NCBI GenBank assembly: GCA_963555825.3 | Contig: CAUVXB020000002.1 | Coordinates: forward strand, 2,304,001 to 2,368,000 | Length of the DNA: 64,000 bases | Source: Alphaproteobacteria bacterium | GTDB lineage: Bacteria > Pseudomonadota > Alphaproteobacteria > JAAXGF01 | Reading direction: 5' to 3' | Shown here: positions 10,941-21,502 of the stretch, piece by piece | Position numbering within the stretch: position 1 is the stretch's first letter | Layout of the letters: each line of letters begins with the position of its first letter | Notes under the pieces: generated by a model | The model's database searches: none | Told to the model about the DNA's origin: nothing | The model's input: only the letters and a program-made list of their open reading frames with translations | Made by a program: the position numbers and the translations under genes

Positions 10941-11090
10941 GTTCCGGTCCTCCTTGGACACTTCGATTAAGCCAATTCTGTGTCCAAGGAAATCGGGTCC
11001 GACTCAGGGCGATCTTGTCGTACTCGCGCAGGAAGGTCGGCAGCTTCAGCGTCTTGAGGTGGTGGGCGAGCAGCACTTGCGGTGTGTCGG

Positions 11091-12590
11091 TCATGCGCCG
11101 AGCCCCGACAGCAGGCTCATGTACGACTTGGCGGACGTCATCGCGACCCGGGCGCGCGGCAGATACGGATAGACGTCGAGGTTGAGCCTGGGCGGCCGCC
11201 GCTCGATGCGGCACAGTACCAGGTGCTTCACCGCATCAAAGCCGATTGCGCCGAGCCGCAGGGCGTCGCCGACCGCACCCTCGACCTCCTCGAGCCGGAA
11301 GGTCTCCAGTAGACGGAGCACCTGGACGTACTCGCGCTTGCCTGCCTTGCCCATACGAGCTTCGAGGAGCCGCCGCAGAGTGATGAAGGCCTCGGGCAGG
11401 TCCCAGCCCGCCAATGGCGCGGCCTGGTCGAGGGCGCCGATCTTCTGCTCGATCAAGGGCAGGTAATGCAGCGGGTCGAAGATCAGGTCCTCGCTGTCGT
11501 AGGACCGGCGGTGCCGGGCGATCACCTCGGCCCCGCAGCTGATCACCACCTCATCGACGTAGCCCCGGATGAGCACCTCACGGTGGCCGTAGGCCACGGG
11601 CACGGAATAGTCGTTGCTGCGGTAACGCACCAGCGACAGCGAACTCGCCCGTCCAGGGCGCTTATCGCAGGCATCATAGGGAGCAGGCGGCAATGGCAAG
11701 AGAACTTGACGATCCCGCTCGAGACGCTCGCCGATGGTCTCCTTGTGGCCCCGCAGCCGCGCCGCCTGGCGCCGGCGGCACTGTTCGGCGAGAGCATCGT
11801 TGAGGGCCGCGAAGCTCTCGGCACGCGGGACGGGGACCAGGAAGTTCCGCCGGATGAAGCCGACCAGTCCCTCGACCTTGCCCTTGTCGTTGCCCTTGCC
11901 CGGCCGGCCGAACCTGTCCTCGAACAGATAGTGGGACTGAAGCTCCGTGAAGACGCGCGTTCGCTGCCGCTTCCCATCGCCCAGGATCCGGGCAACCGCC
12001 AGCTTGGTGTTGTCGTACAGGATGGATCGGGGGACGCCGCCGAAGAAGGCAAACGCCGCGTTGTGGCCATCGCAGAATGCTTCGGTCGTCTCCGCCGGAT
12101 AGGCCGCAACAAAGCAACCATCACTGTGGGGAAGGTCGAAGGCAAGGAAGTGGATCTTCCGTAACGCGCCGCCGATCACCGCCATCGCTTCGCCGAAGTC
12201 CGCCTGGGCGTGACCGGGGGAATGGGAGAGTGGCACGAACACCTCACGCGACCGAAGCCCCTGCTCACGAACGTAGTCCTTCACGATGGTGTAGCCGCCC
12301 GTGAAACCGTACTCGTCCCGGAGGCGGTCGAAGATGCGCTTCGCAGTGTGCCGTTGCTTGCGGTGGCTGGTCCGATCGTCTTCCAAGATCCGATCGATGA
12401 TTCCCGTGAACGGACCCAGCTTTGGCCGCCTCGGCGGCGCGCTTCGGCGATACCCTGGCGGCACCGAGAACGACAGCATCTTACGGACCGTCTTGCGGTC
12501 TACACCAAACACCCGCGAGGCCTCGCGGGTGCTCATCCCCTCGACATGACACGCCCGCCGAACCCGTGCGTACAACTCCACCCGATACAT
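11091..12590 (-). CDS. istA: IS21 transposase IstA
   Basis: QADFG, LYDN, KGKVEGLV DDE motifs; N-terminal HTH. Confidence 0.95.
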   Translation of the reverse strand: MYRVELYARVRRACHVEGMSTREASRVFGVDRKTVRKMLSFSVPPGYRRSAPPRRPKLGPFTGIIDRILEDDRTSHRKQRHTAKRIFDRLRDEYGFTGGYTIVKDYVREQGLRSREVFVPLSHSPGHAQADFGEAMAVIGGALRKIHFLAFDLPHSDGCFVAAYPAETTEAFCDGHNAAFAFFGGVPRSILYDNTKLAVARILGDGKRQRTRVFTELQSHYLFEDRFGRPGKGNDKGKVEGLVGFIRRNFLVPVPRAESFAALNDALAEQCRRRQAARLRGHKETIGERLERDRQVLLPLPPAPYDACDKRPGRASSLSLVRYRSNDYSVPVAYGHREVLIRGYVDEVVISCGAEVIARHRRSYDSEDLIFDPLHYLPLIEQKIGALDQAAPLAGWDLPEAFITLRRLLEARMGKAGKREYVQVLRLLETFRLEEVEGAVGDALRLGAIGFDAVKHLVLCRIERRPPRLNLDVYPYLPRARVAMTSAKSYMSLLSGLGA

Positions 12591-12716
12591 CCCCCCCGCC
12601 TTCCAGTCAGAGCAACCCTGACAGAAGGCTATACGCGGTCCCATTTTGGTCCGCCGCAGCCGGATCGACCGGCCGCTTCAGTGGGGGATTATTGCTCTGC
12701 CGTTCTCAGACGGGGC

Positions 12717-12860
12717 ATGAAGGGCCATTGGATCGCGCGCATCGACGTCACCGAAGAAGCGCTCTACCCCGAATATGGCAAGCGCGCACTGTCGGCGATT
12801 TCGAAGTTCGGTCGTCGTTTCGCTGTTCGCAGTGGCGCTGCTCGTCACCGTGGCGCTGAC
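12717..12860 (+). pseudogene. DUF1330-like protein, 5' fragment
   Basis: MKGHWIARIDVTEEALYPEYGKRALSAISKFGRRFAVR resembles DUF1330 N-termini; IS21 sits between its RBS and ATG; similarity is lost after ~45 codons. Confidence 0.55.
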
Positions 12861-12975
12861 TTTAGGCCGACAAATGTGCCTCCCGAGTGGGTCCAGACGT
12901 GCCAACACCCTATTTCGGGCCAGAGAATTCTGGCCAGAAATAGGGTGTTTACTCTTAACTGGAAAGCCGAACCCG

Positions 12976-14577
12976 TTAGCGGTTCAGGTACTGCAACTCC
13001 ATCTTGTCCGCCACGTCCGGCAAGGGGAAGTCTTCATGCAATGTCTTCACCATGCCAAAGGCCATGAAGAGCAGCATAATCGCAATCGGCAGGCCGGCGA
13101 CGATTGATGCTGTTTGAAGGGCTCCGAGACCGCCTGCGAGCATGAGTACTGCGGCCACCACACCCGACGTCACGCCCCAGAAAATCCGGAACTTGACCGG
13201 CGGGTGTTCATCGCCCATGGACAACATGGTGCACATGACAAGGGTACCGGAGTCCGACGATGTCACGAACCAGGACACCAGTAGAATGGTGACCAAAATC
13301 GTTATTGGTGTGGTCAGCGAATCGTACCCGAAGCCGGCGATGGTTTCGAATACGCCGGTTGCGTAGTCGTTGTTTACGGCATCGACGATTCCGCCACTGC
13401 CAAACAGATCGACGCCCGTCGCGGCGGAGCCGAATGCGCCCATCCACAAGACGACAACCGTCGTCGGCAGCAAGAGCACGCACAGGCAGAATTGCCGGAT
13501 TGTGCGACCCTTGGATATGCGCGCGATAAACAGGCCAACAAAGGGGCACCAAGCGATCCACCAACCCCAATAGAAGATCGTCCACCAGCTCTGCCACTGC
13601 CGTTCGGGGTCGGGATCGATCCAGAAGCCCATGGGAATGAAATTCCAGATGTAATCGCCGAAGCCCGAGATCACCATCCCCAGCATAAAGGCCGTCGGCC
13701 CGAGGATAAAGAACAGCAAGAGCAAGCCAACGCTGGCCCAAACATTCACCTCGCTGAGAATACGGACACCCTTTCCCACACCGGAAGCGGCAGATGCCGT
13801 GCCCATCGCTGTTATGATGGCGATTAGGATCAATTGGTTGGTCTGAGAGCTGTCCATCCAGCCCAGCCTTTCCATCCCCGCGGCGATCGGCGGGACACCC
13901 AGACCGAGCGATGTCGCCAGGCCAAAGATCGTTCCGAACACACCTACGAGATCGACCAGGTGTCCCCAGGGGCCATAGATCTTGTCCTTTAGGATCGGGT
14001 ACATGGCCGACCTCAACGACAGGGGCAGGCCCTTGCGGTAAGCGAAGTAGGCAAGGCTCAGTCCCACCAAGACGTAGAGCGCCCAACCGTGTAGCCCCCA
14101 ATGAAAATTGGTGACAAGGATCGCCGAGGCAGCGGCTTCCACGGTGCCCGGCTCGATCCCTTCGCGCGTCAAAAATGGGGTGCCCTGGATGTGATACATC
14201 GGCTCGGCGACGCCCCAGTAAATCAAACCGGACCCCAGACCGGCAGAGAACAACATGCAAATCCACGAGAAGGTCGAGAAGTCCGGCTCATCGTCGTCTT
14301 GCCCCAGCTTTACGTTGCCAAAGCGGCTGCAAAGCAGCCAAAAGACGAAAAACAAGACCATGGTCACAACGAAAACATAAAACCAGTCAAGGGTATTTAT
14401 GATGAAGTCCTTGCCTTTGCTAAATACTTCAGCTGAGAACTCAACATCTTGGACCGTAAAGCCTACAAACCCAATGATCATGACCATCGACAAGATGGCC
14501 ATGATGGCGTTCATGCCCTTGAAAAGCCCCGATTTTGCCACCAGATCATCTGGCGGCACGTGAGTTTCAACGCTCAT
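12976..14577 (-). CDS. BCCT family (betaine/carnitine/choline) transporter
   Basis: SWICMLFSAGLG, FHWGLHGW, WTIFYWGWWIAWCPFVGLFIARISKGRT signature, TSSDS; about 12 TM segments. Confidence 0.95.
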   Translation of the reverse strand: MSVETHVPPDDLVAKSGLFKGMNAIMAILSMVMIIGFVGFTVQDVEFSAEVFSKGKDFIINTLDWFYVFVVTMVLFFVFWLLCSRFGNVKLGQDDDEPDFSTFSWICMLFSAGLGSGLIYWGVAEPMYHIQGTPFLTREGIEPGTVEAAASAILVTNFHWGLHGWALYVLVGLSLAYFAYRKGLPLSLRSAMYPILKDKIYGPWGHLVDLVGVFGTIFGLATSLGLGVPPIAAGMERLGWMDSSQTNQLILIAIITAMGTASAASGVGKGVRILSEVNVWASVGLLLLFFILGPTAFMLGMVISGFGDYIWNFIPMGFWIDPDPERQWQSWWTIFYWGWWIAWCPFVGLFIARISKGRTIRQFCLCVLLLPTTVVVLWMGAFGSAATGVDLFGSGGIVDAVNNDYATGVFETIAGFGYDSLTTPITILVTILLVSWFVTSSDSGTLVMCTMLSMGDEHPPVKFRIFWGVTSGVVAAVLMLAGGLGALQTASIVAGLPIAIMLLFMAFGMVKTLHEDFPLPDVADKMELQYLNR

Positions 14578-14606
14578 AATCGATTCCCCTATGTCTGGTA
14601 ACGTTT

Positions 14607-15761
14607 CTATCGCACGGTGCCGGAAGGGCCCTGTTGGGCGGCTTCAGCGATCCAGGCGTCGAATGCTTCTTCCAAAACCGCGTGATTTTCAGACCACCAC
14701 TGTGCGTCTGAAAGAATCGAGACTTTGTTGTCATAAGCTGGTCCGTTCGGCAACTGTGCCAGCACGTCATCGGAAATCAGTGCAAGCGATGATCGCCGCG
14801 TCGGCCCGTTAGGCAGATATCCGACCATCTTCGCCAGGGACTCCGAGCTGCTGGCAAAGCGGATGAATTCGATTGCTTCTTCTTTGTAGCGGCTGCCTTT
14901 TGGAATCCCGAAAAGATCGAGCTCGATCACCCGACCGTCCCACACGACCGAAAACTTCGCCCCTTTTTCACGCGAACCTATGGCGCCGGTCGTCGCCCAG
15001 ACAGCGGACATGACGACGTCATTGCTGTTCAAAAGGCGCACGGGTTCCCGTCCTTTCGTCCAAAGCACGAGGCTTGGCTTGATCGCGTCCATTTTCGCCA
15101 AGGCGCGCTTGATACCTTCCGGCGTCTCTAGAACGCTATAGACCTCGTCCCGCGGCACACCATCAGCTATGAGCGCCCACTCCATTGTTACCGTCGGATC
15201 ATCCCGAATGGCACGGGGACCGGGGTAGGTTTTGGTATCGAAAAAATCCGCGATAGAAGTCGGCGGATTATCGCCGAAGGCATCTCTGTTGTAGCCGAAT
15301 ATTGTCGCCCAGACGATAACTCCAACACCACAAGGGTTCAGGGAGCCTTCGACAAAGTCGTCGCGAAATCCAGTGCCGTCGGCACCATCGGGAAGCTCGA
15401 TATCCTCGATGTTTTCCAACAGCCCCTCGTTACAGGCACGCAGGGAATCCGCCTGTGTCAGATCGACCACGTCCCAGGTAACATTTGCGGATTCCACCTG
15501 ATCGCGAATCTCATCTATGCCACCGGAATAGTGCTCGACATTGACCCTCGCTCCGGTCGCCTCTTCGTAGGGGCGAACAAAGCCCAGCATTTGACTGCGC
15601 ATATAGGGCCCAGTCCAGGACGTGAATGTGATCTCGTTTCTCGCACCCGCCGACCCAGCGGTGGTTTCCTGAGCATAGGCCCCGCCCCAGGTTATCGCGG
15701 CCCCTAAAAGAGCCACAGCAGCAAGCCTGCTGCACAGGTAATTATATCGATACTGGTTCAT
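14607..15761 (-). CDS. extracellular solute-binding protein (PotD/PotF-like)
   Basis: Signal peptide; ITFTSWTG, QVESANVTWDVVD, DFFDTKTYPGPRA, IPKGS motifs. Confidence 0.88.
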   Translation of the reverse strand: MNQYRYNYLCSRLAAVALLGAAITWGGAYAQETTAGSAGARNEITFTSWTGPYMRSQMLGFVRPYEEATGARVNVEHYSGGIDEIRDQVESANVTWDVVDLTQADSLRACNEGLLENIEDIELPDGADGTGFRDDFVEGSLNPCGVGVIVWATIFGYNRDAFGDNPPTSIADFFDTKTYPGPRAIRDDPTVTMEWALIADGVPRDEVYSVLETPEGIKRALAKMDAIKPSLVLWTKGREPVRLLNSNDVVMSAVWATTGAIGSREKGAKFSVVWDGRVIELDLFGIPKGSRYKEEAIEFIRFASSSESLAKMVGYLPNGPTRRSSLALISDDVLAQLPNGPAYDNKVSILSDAQWWSENHAVLEEAFDAWIAEAAQQGPSGTVR

Positions 15762-15862
15762 CTGCTTCTCCCCGTACTTTTTTCGAGTTCATCTGACTGC
15801 AGTTACAACCCAATCGACACACATGTCTTTGACAGGTTATTTCAAACAATACTTTCTGCTTT

Positions 15863-17503
15863 CCGACATTCTCCAGATGACATCGAAATTCATGGAAATC
15901 CTACCATTGACTCACCGCCAAGGGAACGGCATCCCTTCCGCAGCCATCCGATGGCTTGATTCTGGAGATTGGTCCTCGTCCGGAAGGCCATTACCCGGAT
16001 TTTCCGCCATTCAGACAGACCCCTCCTGTCGTTTTCACCTGGCCATCGATTTTCCCGGCCTACACCGGAACGGGTCTTCGTCGTAGATCATCGATCAGAC
16101 TCAGGATATTCCGGAACAGTTCCCTCGGCACCGCGACCTCGGCCAATTGGAACGTGACGTAGCGGCCATGGCTGACCACCTTGGCGCCGATCTTGACCAG
16201 CTTCTCCCGTAGCGTGGTCAGCGACCAGTGCTCGATCTCCTTCGGCAAGGCCAGCATTCGCATGAAGTTGGCGAGATTGTAGGCCAGGGCATGAAGCTGG
16301 AGCCGGACAGCATTGTCGCGGAACTTGCGGCACGACAATCGCGTCCATTTGATCGCGTTCTTGCCTTCCTTGATGTATTGCTCCGCCTTGCCCCGCTGAT
16401 TGTAGAACCAAGTCACCCGCTCGGCGGAACGGGACAAGTTGGTGAGGATGAAGCCGACACGGGGAACCAGTTCACCGGGATGCCATTCAACCTTGGCCAC
16501 GACACGACGCTTTCTGTCCCAACTTCCAGCCCGGTAGCTGAAGCTGGCGTAATAGCGCCGCACATGGTTGGGCGGACGACCGACGGGGCGGGTCAGCAGG
16601 TGGGCAATGCTTTCCTGAAGAATTTGGTTCTTCGGCAACCGGATCGCGTAGAGAAAACCCTCACTTTCCAGGAACTCGTAGATGTCCGGTGCGGCAAAGG
16701 CGGCGTCCCCTCGGAAGTAGCGGCGCAGGTTCCGTTCCCGATAACGCTCAACGACCGGTTCCAGAACCTCACGCCAACCGTCGGCACTGTGGACATTGCC
16801 GGGGCGAAGGGAACACCGCTCCAGATCGCCGAACTGGTTGAACAGGAATAGTGGATGGTAGCAGGTGCAGCCGAAGTGACCATTGTACGCCGCTCCCTCT
16901 TGTTCGCCATGGGTCGGGCTGACGCTTGAGTCCATGTCGAGGATGATCATCTTCGGTGGGCGGCGGTCATGAACCTTGTCGATCCACGCCCCGTTCATCC
17001 CAGCCAGGACTTCGATGTTCGCATCGGTCGCCAGAAGCTCCGTCTCGAACCGCCCCATCTGGCTGGTGGACGCGGCCTGTCTGTCCACGGCCTTGCCACC
17101 AACAATCCACCGCATGGCGGGATCACGTCCGAGACGGTCGGCGTCGTTTACGTCCTCATAACCACCAAGGCGACCAAACACCGACTGACGGAACTGCCCC
17201 GTCATGCCGTGCCATCCGTTCTTGCCGGTACGGCTGTCCTGAAAAATATCCCCGGCAACCTCGGTCAGGCCAAGGGCATCATCAAGCTCCCGATAGACCA
17301 GCAACCCGCCGTCGGAAGTGATCTGGGAGCCGTGAAATTCGAGCTTCAGGCGGCGGTCGAAATCGACCCGAAGGCCGTCCCGTTTCGATTCACCCATCGG
17401 GTGTGCCATGCAAACCACTCCATCAACGCCTCAACATATTGATTCTTATAGCAGAATCTCCATCTCAGGGCATCGAATATCGAGTTCACTTGGGAAATGG
17501 GGG
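15863..17503 (-). mobile_element. IS1380-family IS, divergent copy B
   Basis: IRs CCGACATTCTCCAGATGA / TCACTTGGGAAATGGGGG; no flanking DR, abuts a 5'-truncated IS1182. Confidence 0.9.
16060..17418 (-). CDS. IS1380 family transposase
   Basis: Colinear 452-aa paralogue of 6442-7800. Confidence 0.95.
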   Translation of the reverse strand: MVCMAHPMGESKRDGLRVDFDRRLKLEFHGSQITSDGGLLVYRELDDALGLTEVAGDIFQDSRTGKNGWHGMTGQFRQSVFGRLGGYEDVNDADRLGRDPAMRWIVGGKAVDRQAASTSQMGRFETELLATDANIEVLAGMNGAWIDKVHDRRPPKMIILDMDSSVSPTHGEQEGAAYNGHFGCTCYHPLFLFNQFGDLERCSLRPGNVHSADGWREVLEPVVERYRERNLRRYFRGDAAFAAPDIYEFLESEGFLYAIRLPKNQILQESIAHLLTRPVGRPPNHVRRYYASFSYRAGSWDRKRRVVAKVEWHPGELVPRVGFILTNLSRSAERVTWFYNQRGKAEQYIKEGKNAIKWTRLSCRKFRDNAVRLQLHALAYNLANFMRMLALPKEIEHWSLTTLREKLVKIGAKVVSHGRYVTFQLAEVAVPRELFRNILSLIDDLRRRPVPV

Positions 17504-18884
17504 CTCAATCGGGTACGTTCGAGCCGCCGGCTGGAGGCCGAGAGCAAGCGTAATCTCGAAGTGATCTGGCTGTTGCGGCGTTTGTCGCCGGACTTCAAGA
17601 CGATCGCCGATTTCCGGCGGATCAATCGGGCGGCGTTCCGCCAGGTGTTTCGGGAGTTCGTGAGGCTATGCCGCGAACTGGAGCTGTTCGGGCGCGCGCT
17701 GGTGGCAGTCGACGGTACTCGGATCAAGGCAGTGAACAGCCGGGAGCGGAACTTCACGAAGGCCAAGCTGGAGAAGGCGTTGGCCGAGAGCGACGAGAGG
17801 TTGTCGCGTTATCTCGACCGGCTCGACGAGGCCGACGGGCAGGACGATGACGGCACCGGCGGCGGCGAGATGGAGAATATCCAGGAGAAGATCGCTGCGA
17901 TCCAAGGGCGGCGTGAGCGGTTTGAGGAACATCGCGACGCGCTGGCTGCGAGTGGCGAGGACCAGCTCTCGTTGACGGATCCGGACAGCCGGGCGATGCA
18001 CGCCGCGACCCGGGTCGGTGTCGGCTACAACATCCAGATCGCGGTGGACGCCAAGCACAAACTGATCGCCGAGCAGCAGGTCCATAACAAAGTCAGCGAT
18101 CTCAGTCTATTGGCCGAGACGGCGGTGGCGGCCCGGCGGAACCTGGCCGTCGATCGGATCGACGCGGTCGCCGACGCGGGCTACTTCAAGATCGAGGATA
18201 TCGAGGCCTGCGAGAATGCCGGCGTCATGCCGCATGTGCCCAAGCCACAGCGCGGATCAACGGTGAGCCAGGGGCTCTTTCCCAAGGAACGCTTCCGCTA
18301 TGACGGCGGCGAGGACATTTACATCTGCCCCAACGGCCAACGCCTGGCGCTACACAGCGAGCGCAAGCGCCGCGATCTCTTCTTCGCCAGTTACGCCAAT
18401 CGCGCCGCGTGCAAGGAGTGCCAACTCAAGTCGAAGTGTACGAAAAGCGCTTTCCGTCGAGTCCTGCGCTATGTCGACGAAGCGATCCTGGAGCGCATGG
18501 CAGAACGATTGGCGGCCCGCCCGGAGCTGCTCGATGCGCGCCGTGAAAGCGTCGAGCATCCCTTCGGCTCAATCAAACAATGGATGGGCCAGGGTGCCTT
18601 CCTGACCCGGCGGCTGGAAAACGTGCGCGGCGAGTTCAGCATCACGACGCTGGCTTACAACATCCGCCGCGCGATCTCGCTGGTAGGTGTTCCCGCCTTG
18701 ATCGCCGCCGCGAGGGCATGAGACGGGAATCAGGCCAAAATCGAGCACCGCACATCGATCCACGGAGGCTTGGAGCCCCTCCGCGGGGCTACCGGCGCCA
18801 AACCGCCAGATTACGTGGGATCGCCGCAAATCATGCTGACCTAAACCTCCATCCCCGCCCCCGCCCGAGTTTTCACACGGTCTG
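17504..18884 (+). mobile_element. IS1182-family IS remnant (5' end deleted; transposase frame 17504-18721)
   Basis: SSRRLE, PDFKTIADFR, VAVDGTRIKA, SLTDPDS, ADAGY, VEHPFG; end motif TTTTCACACGGTCTG. Confidence 0.85.
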
Positions 18885-21111
18885 GATCGTGAAGGACTAT
18901 GCGCGCGAACATCACCGCCGGCGGCGGGAGATGTTCGTGCCGCCGATCCATCCACCGGGCCATGGGCAGGCGGACTTCGGCGCGGCGCGGGCGGTGATCG
19001 GGGGTGTGGCGCGCAAGGCGCACTTCTTCGTCTTCGATCCGCCGCACGGCGACGCCTGCTATGTGCGGGCCTACCCCGCGGCGACGGCCGAGGCGTGGAT
19101 CGACGGGCATGTGCATGCCTTCGCCTTCTTCGGCGGGGTTCCGCAATCGGTGCTCCACGACAACGACCGCTGCCTGGTGTCGCGCATTCTGGCGGACGGG
19201 ACGCGCGGGCGGGCGCGGCTCTTCGGCGGGTTCCCGTCGCATCACCTCGTGTGCGATCGTTACGGGCGCCCGGGCAAGGGGAACGACAAGGGCGCGGTGG
19301 AGGGTCTGGTGGGCTTTGCCCGGCGCAGCTTCATGGTGCCGCTGCCGCGCTTTGCCAGTTGGGACGCGTTCAATCGGCGGCTCGAGGAGCAGTGTCGCCG
19401 CCGCCAGGGCGATATCCCGCGCGGGCACCGAGAGACCATCGGAGAGCGCCTGGTGCGGGACCTGGCGGCCATGGCCGCGCCGCCGGCGGCGCCCTTCGAG
19501 GCCTGCGCCCAGGCTCCCGGGCAGGTCAGCTCGCGGTCTCTGGTCCGTTACGAGACCAACGACTACTCGGTGCCGGTGGCCCATGGCCATCGCGACGTCT
19601 GGGTGCGCGGTTACGTCGACCGGGTGGTGATCGGCTGCGGCGGAGAGGTCATCGCCCGCCATCCCCGGTCCCATGAGCGTGAGGACACGATCTTCGAGCC
19701 GATCCACTATCTGCCCCTGATCGAGCAGAAGATCGGCGCGCTGGATCAGGCGGCGCCGCTTGCCGGATGGGACCTGCCGCCCGCGTTCCAGACCCTGCGC
19801 CGCCTCATGGAGGCACGCTCGCCCAAGGCGGGGCGGCGGGAGTATGTGCAGGTCCCGCGGCGGCTGGAGAGCTTCGGGCTGGAGGATCTCCATGGCGCCG
19901 TGAAGGACGCCCCGCGCCTGGGCGCCATCGGCTTCGACGCGGTCAAGCATCTGGTGCCGTGCCGGGTCGAGAAGCGCCCGCCGAAGCTCGACCTCGACGT
20001 CTACCCGTATCCGCCGAAGGCCACCGTCGGCAGGACCTCGGCCGCCAGCGACATGTGCCTGCTGTCGGAGGACGCGGCATGACGGACAGGCCCCACATCC
20101 TGCTGGCACACCACCTCAAGACCCCGAGGCTGCCGACCTTCCCGCGGGAATACGAGAAAGTGGCGCGCCAGTGCGCGGCCGAGGGCCTGGATCATGTTCG
20201 GTTCCTGGCCCGGCTGGTGGAGCTGGAACTGATCGATCGCGAACGGCGCATGGTCGAGCGGCGCATCAAGGCGGCGAAGTTCCCGGTCGCCAAGAGCCCC
20301 GACAGCTTCGACTTCAAGGCCATCCCCGCGCTGAACAAGGCGCGGGTGCTGGAGTTGGCGCGCCGCGAGTGGATCGAGCGGCGCGAGAACGTCATCGCCC
20401 TGGGCCCGAGCGGCACCGGCAAGACCCATGTCGCCCTGGGGCTCGGACTGGCCGCCTGCCAGAGGGGCCTCTCCACCGGCTTCACCACGGCCGCCACGCT
20501 CGTGCACAAGTTGATGGAAGCCCGCGACGAGCGCCGCCTCCCGCGGCTCCAGAAGCAGATGGTCGCCGGCACGCTGCCGATCATCGACGAGTTGGGCTTC
20601 GTGCCGCCGAGCAAGACCGGCGCCGAGCTTCTGTTCGAGCTGATCTCGCAGCGCTACGAGCGGGGCGCCACGCTCATCACCTCCAACCTCCCCTTCGACG
20701 AATGGACCGGGACCTTCGGCTCCGAGCGCCTGACCGGGGCGCGGCTCGACCGTCTCACCCATCACGTCAACATCCTCGAGATGAACGGCGACAGCTACCG
20801 CCTCAGCCAGAGCCGCGCCCGCGGAAACAGCGCCGATAGCTGAACCGCGGCGCGCCGTCGCGCGGCCCCGGCCGGCAACGCGCCCCTAAGGCCCGGGTGG
20901 CGAGACTAACCCCAACCCGACAAACCATGCCGCCCCGCGGGCGGCCGGCGGGCGCGGACCGCTTGAGCCCTGCATGGCTCCGCTGCCCGCTCCCGCCGAA
21001 AAACCCTCGCACCGCATCTCCGAATCCCAATCTCACGCCAAGCTCAGCCCACCAGCCCAGGTGGCGGTCTTTTGCCCCGCCCCTTGGCCGAATCTTCAAC
21101 CGGCGTTGACA
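18885..21111 (+). mobile_element. degenerate IS21-family element, 5'-truncated
   Basis: istA remnant to 20082, istB 20079-20843, right end ..GGCGTTGACA; many missense changes at conserved sites. Confidence 0.85.
20079..20843 (+). pseudogene. istB: IstB ATPase, open frame but heavily substituted
   Basis: GPSGTGKT and IIDELG retained; multiple Leu-to-Pro changes relative to the intact paralogues. Confidence 0.8.
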
Positions 21112-21135
21112 CCCTTGCCGGACAATAAAAGTCCC

Positions 21136-21340
21136 TGCCTCGACGAGGTGCTCGTCGGCAAGGTGGGCGTTGCCCGCCGTGGTCCGGTGCCGTCGGTGCC
21201 CGAGCAACTTGCCGACCAGGGGCAGGTTTTCGCCAGGCATGATGGCCTGGCTGGCTGCGGTGTGGCGAAGGTCGTGCAGGCGCAGCCTGCCGAGCCTCGC
21301 GTGTTCGCAGACCGCCCGCCAGCACGCAGTCAGGTGAGGC
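21136..21340 (-). pseudogene. tyrosine integrase C-terminal fragment
   Basis: LRLHDLRHT..VGKLLGH..TTAGNAHL; catalytic Tyr position reads Asn. Confidence 0.75.
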
Positions 21341-21357
21341 GGGCCATTGCGTGCGGC

Positions 21358-21502
21358 AGTCCTCTTGAGGGTCGGGCGGGAGCTACGTCAGAGATGCGCC
21401 CGTGAGCGCTGGAATTGGATTGAATTCGCTTGCATTTTGCTTACGGAGAAAATGAAAACATATAAATAATGAATTAAATCAACGATATAAGATCATAGAT
21501 CA
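21358..21502 (-). repeat. conserved non-coding module, copy A (homologous to 36616-36761)
   Basis: Shares CGTAAGC, AAGCGAATTCAATC, TCCAGCGCT and CGGGCGCATCTCTGACGTAGCTCCCG with the second copy, in inverted orientation. Confidence 0.8.

Larger units (their letters stand above)
9587..11006 (-). mobile_element. two-ORF IS3/IS481-like IS (1420 bp), copy 1
   Basis: IRs TGTATCGCACCCGGTTCCTTGGACACA / TGTGTCCAAGGAAATCGGGTCCGACTCA; 14-bp DR GGGCGATCTTGTCG (9573-9586, 11007-11020). Confidence 0.9.
8896..11094 (-). pseudogene. istB: IstB ATPase interrupted by the 1420-bp element
   Basis: GNSGTGKT Walker A and LIVDELG Walker B; first codons (MTDTPQ..EYDKIA) separated by the insertion at 9587-11006. Confidence 0.93.
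8705..12708 (-). mobile_element. IS21-family IS, copy 1 (istB interrupted)
   Basis: Ends TGTCAATGG / CCGTTCTCA; 6-bp DR GACGGG (8699-8704, 12709-12714); length 4004 = 2570 + 1420 insert + 14 duplication. Confidence 0.95.

Noticed and set aside
17408-20082. ORF-track fusions 17408-18721 and 18580-20082 as novel proteins
   Set aside because: N-termini are read-through from neighbouring IS ends into truncated IS1182 and IS21 genes.
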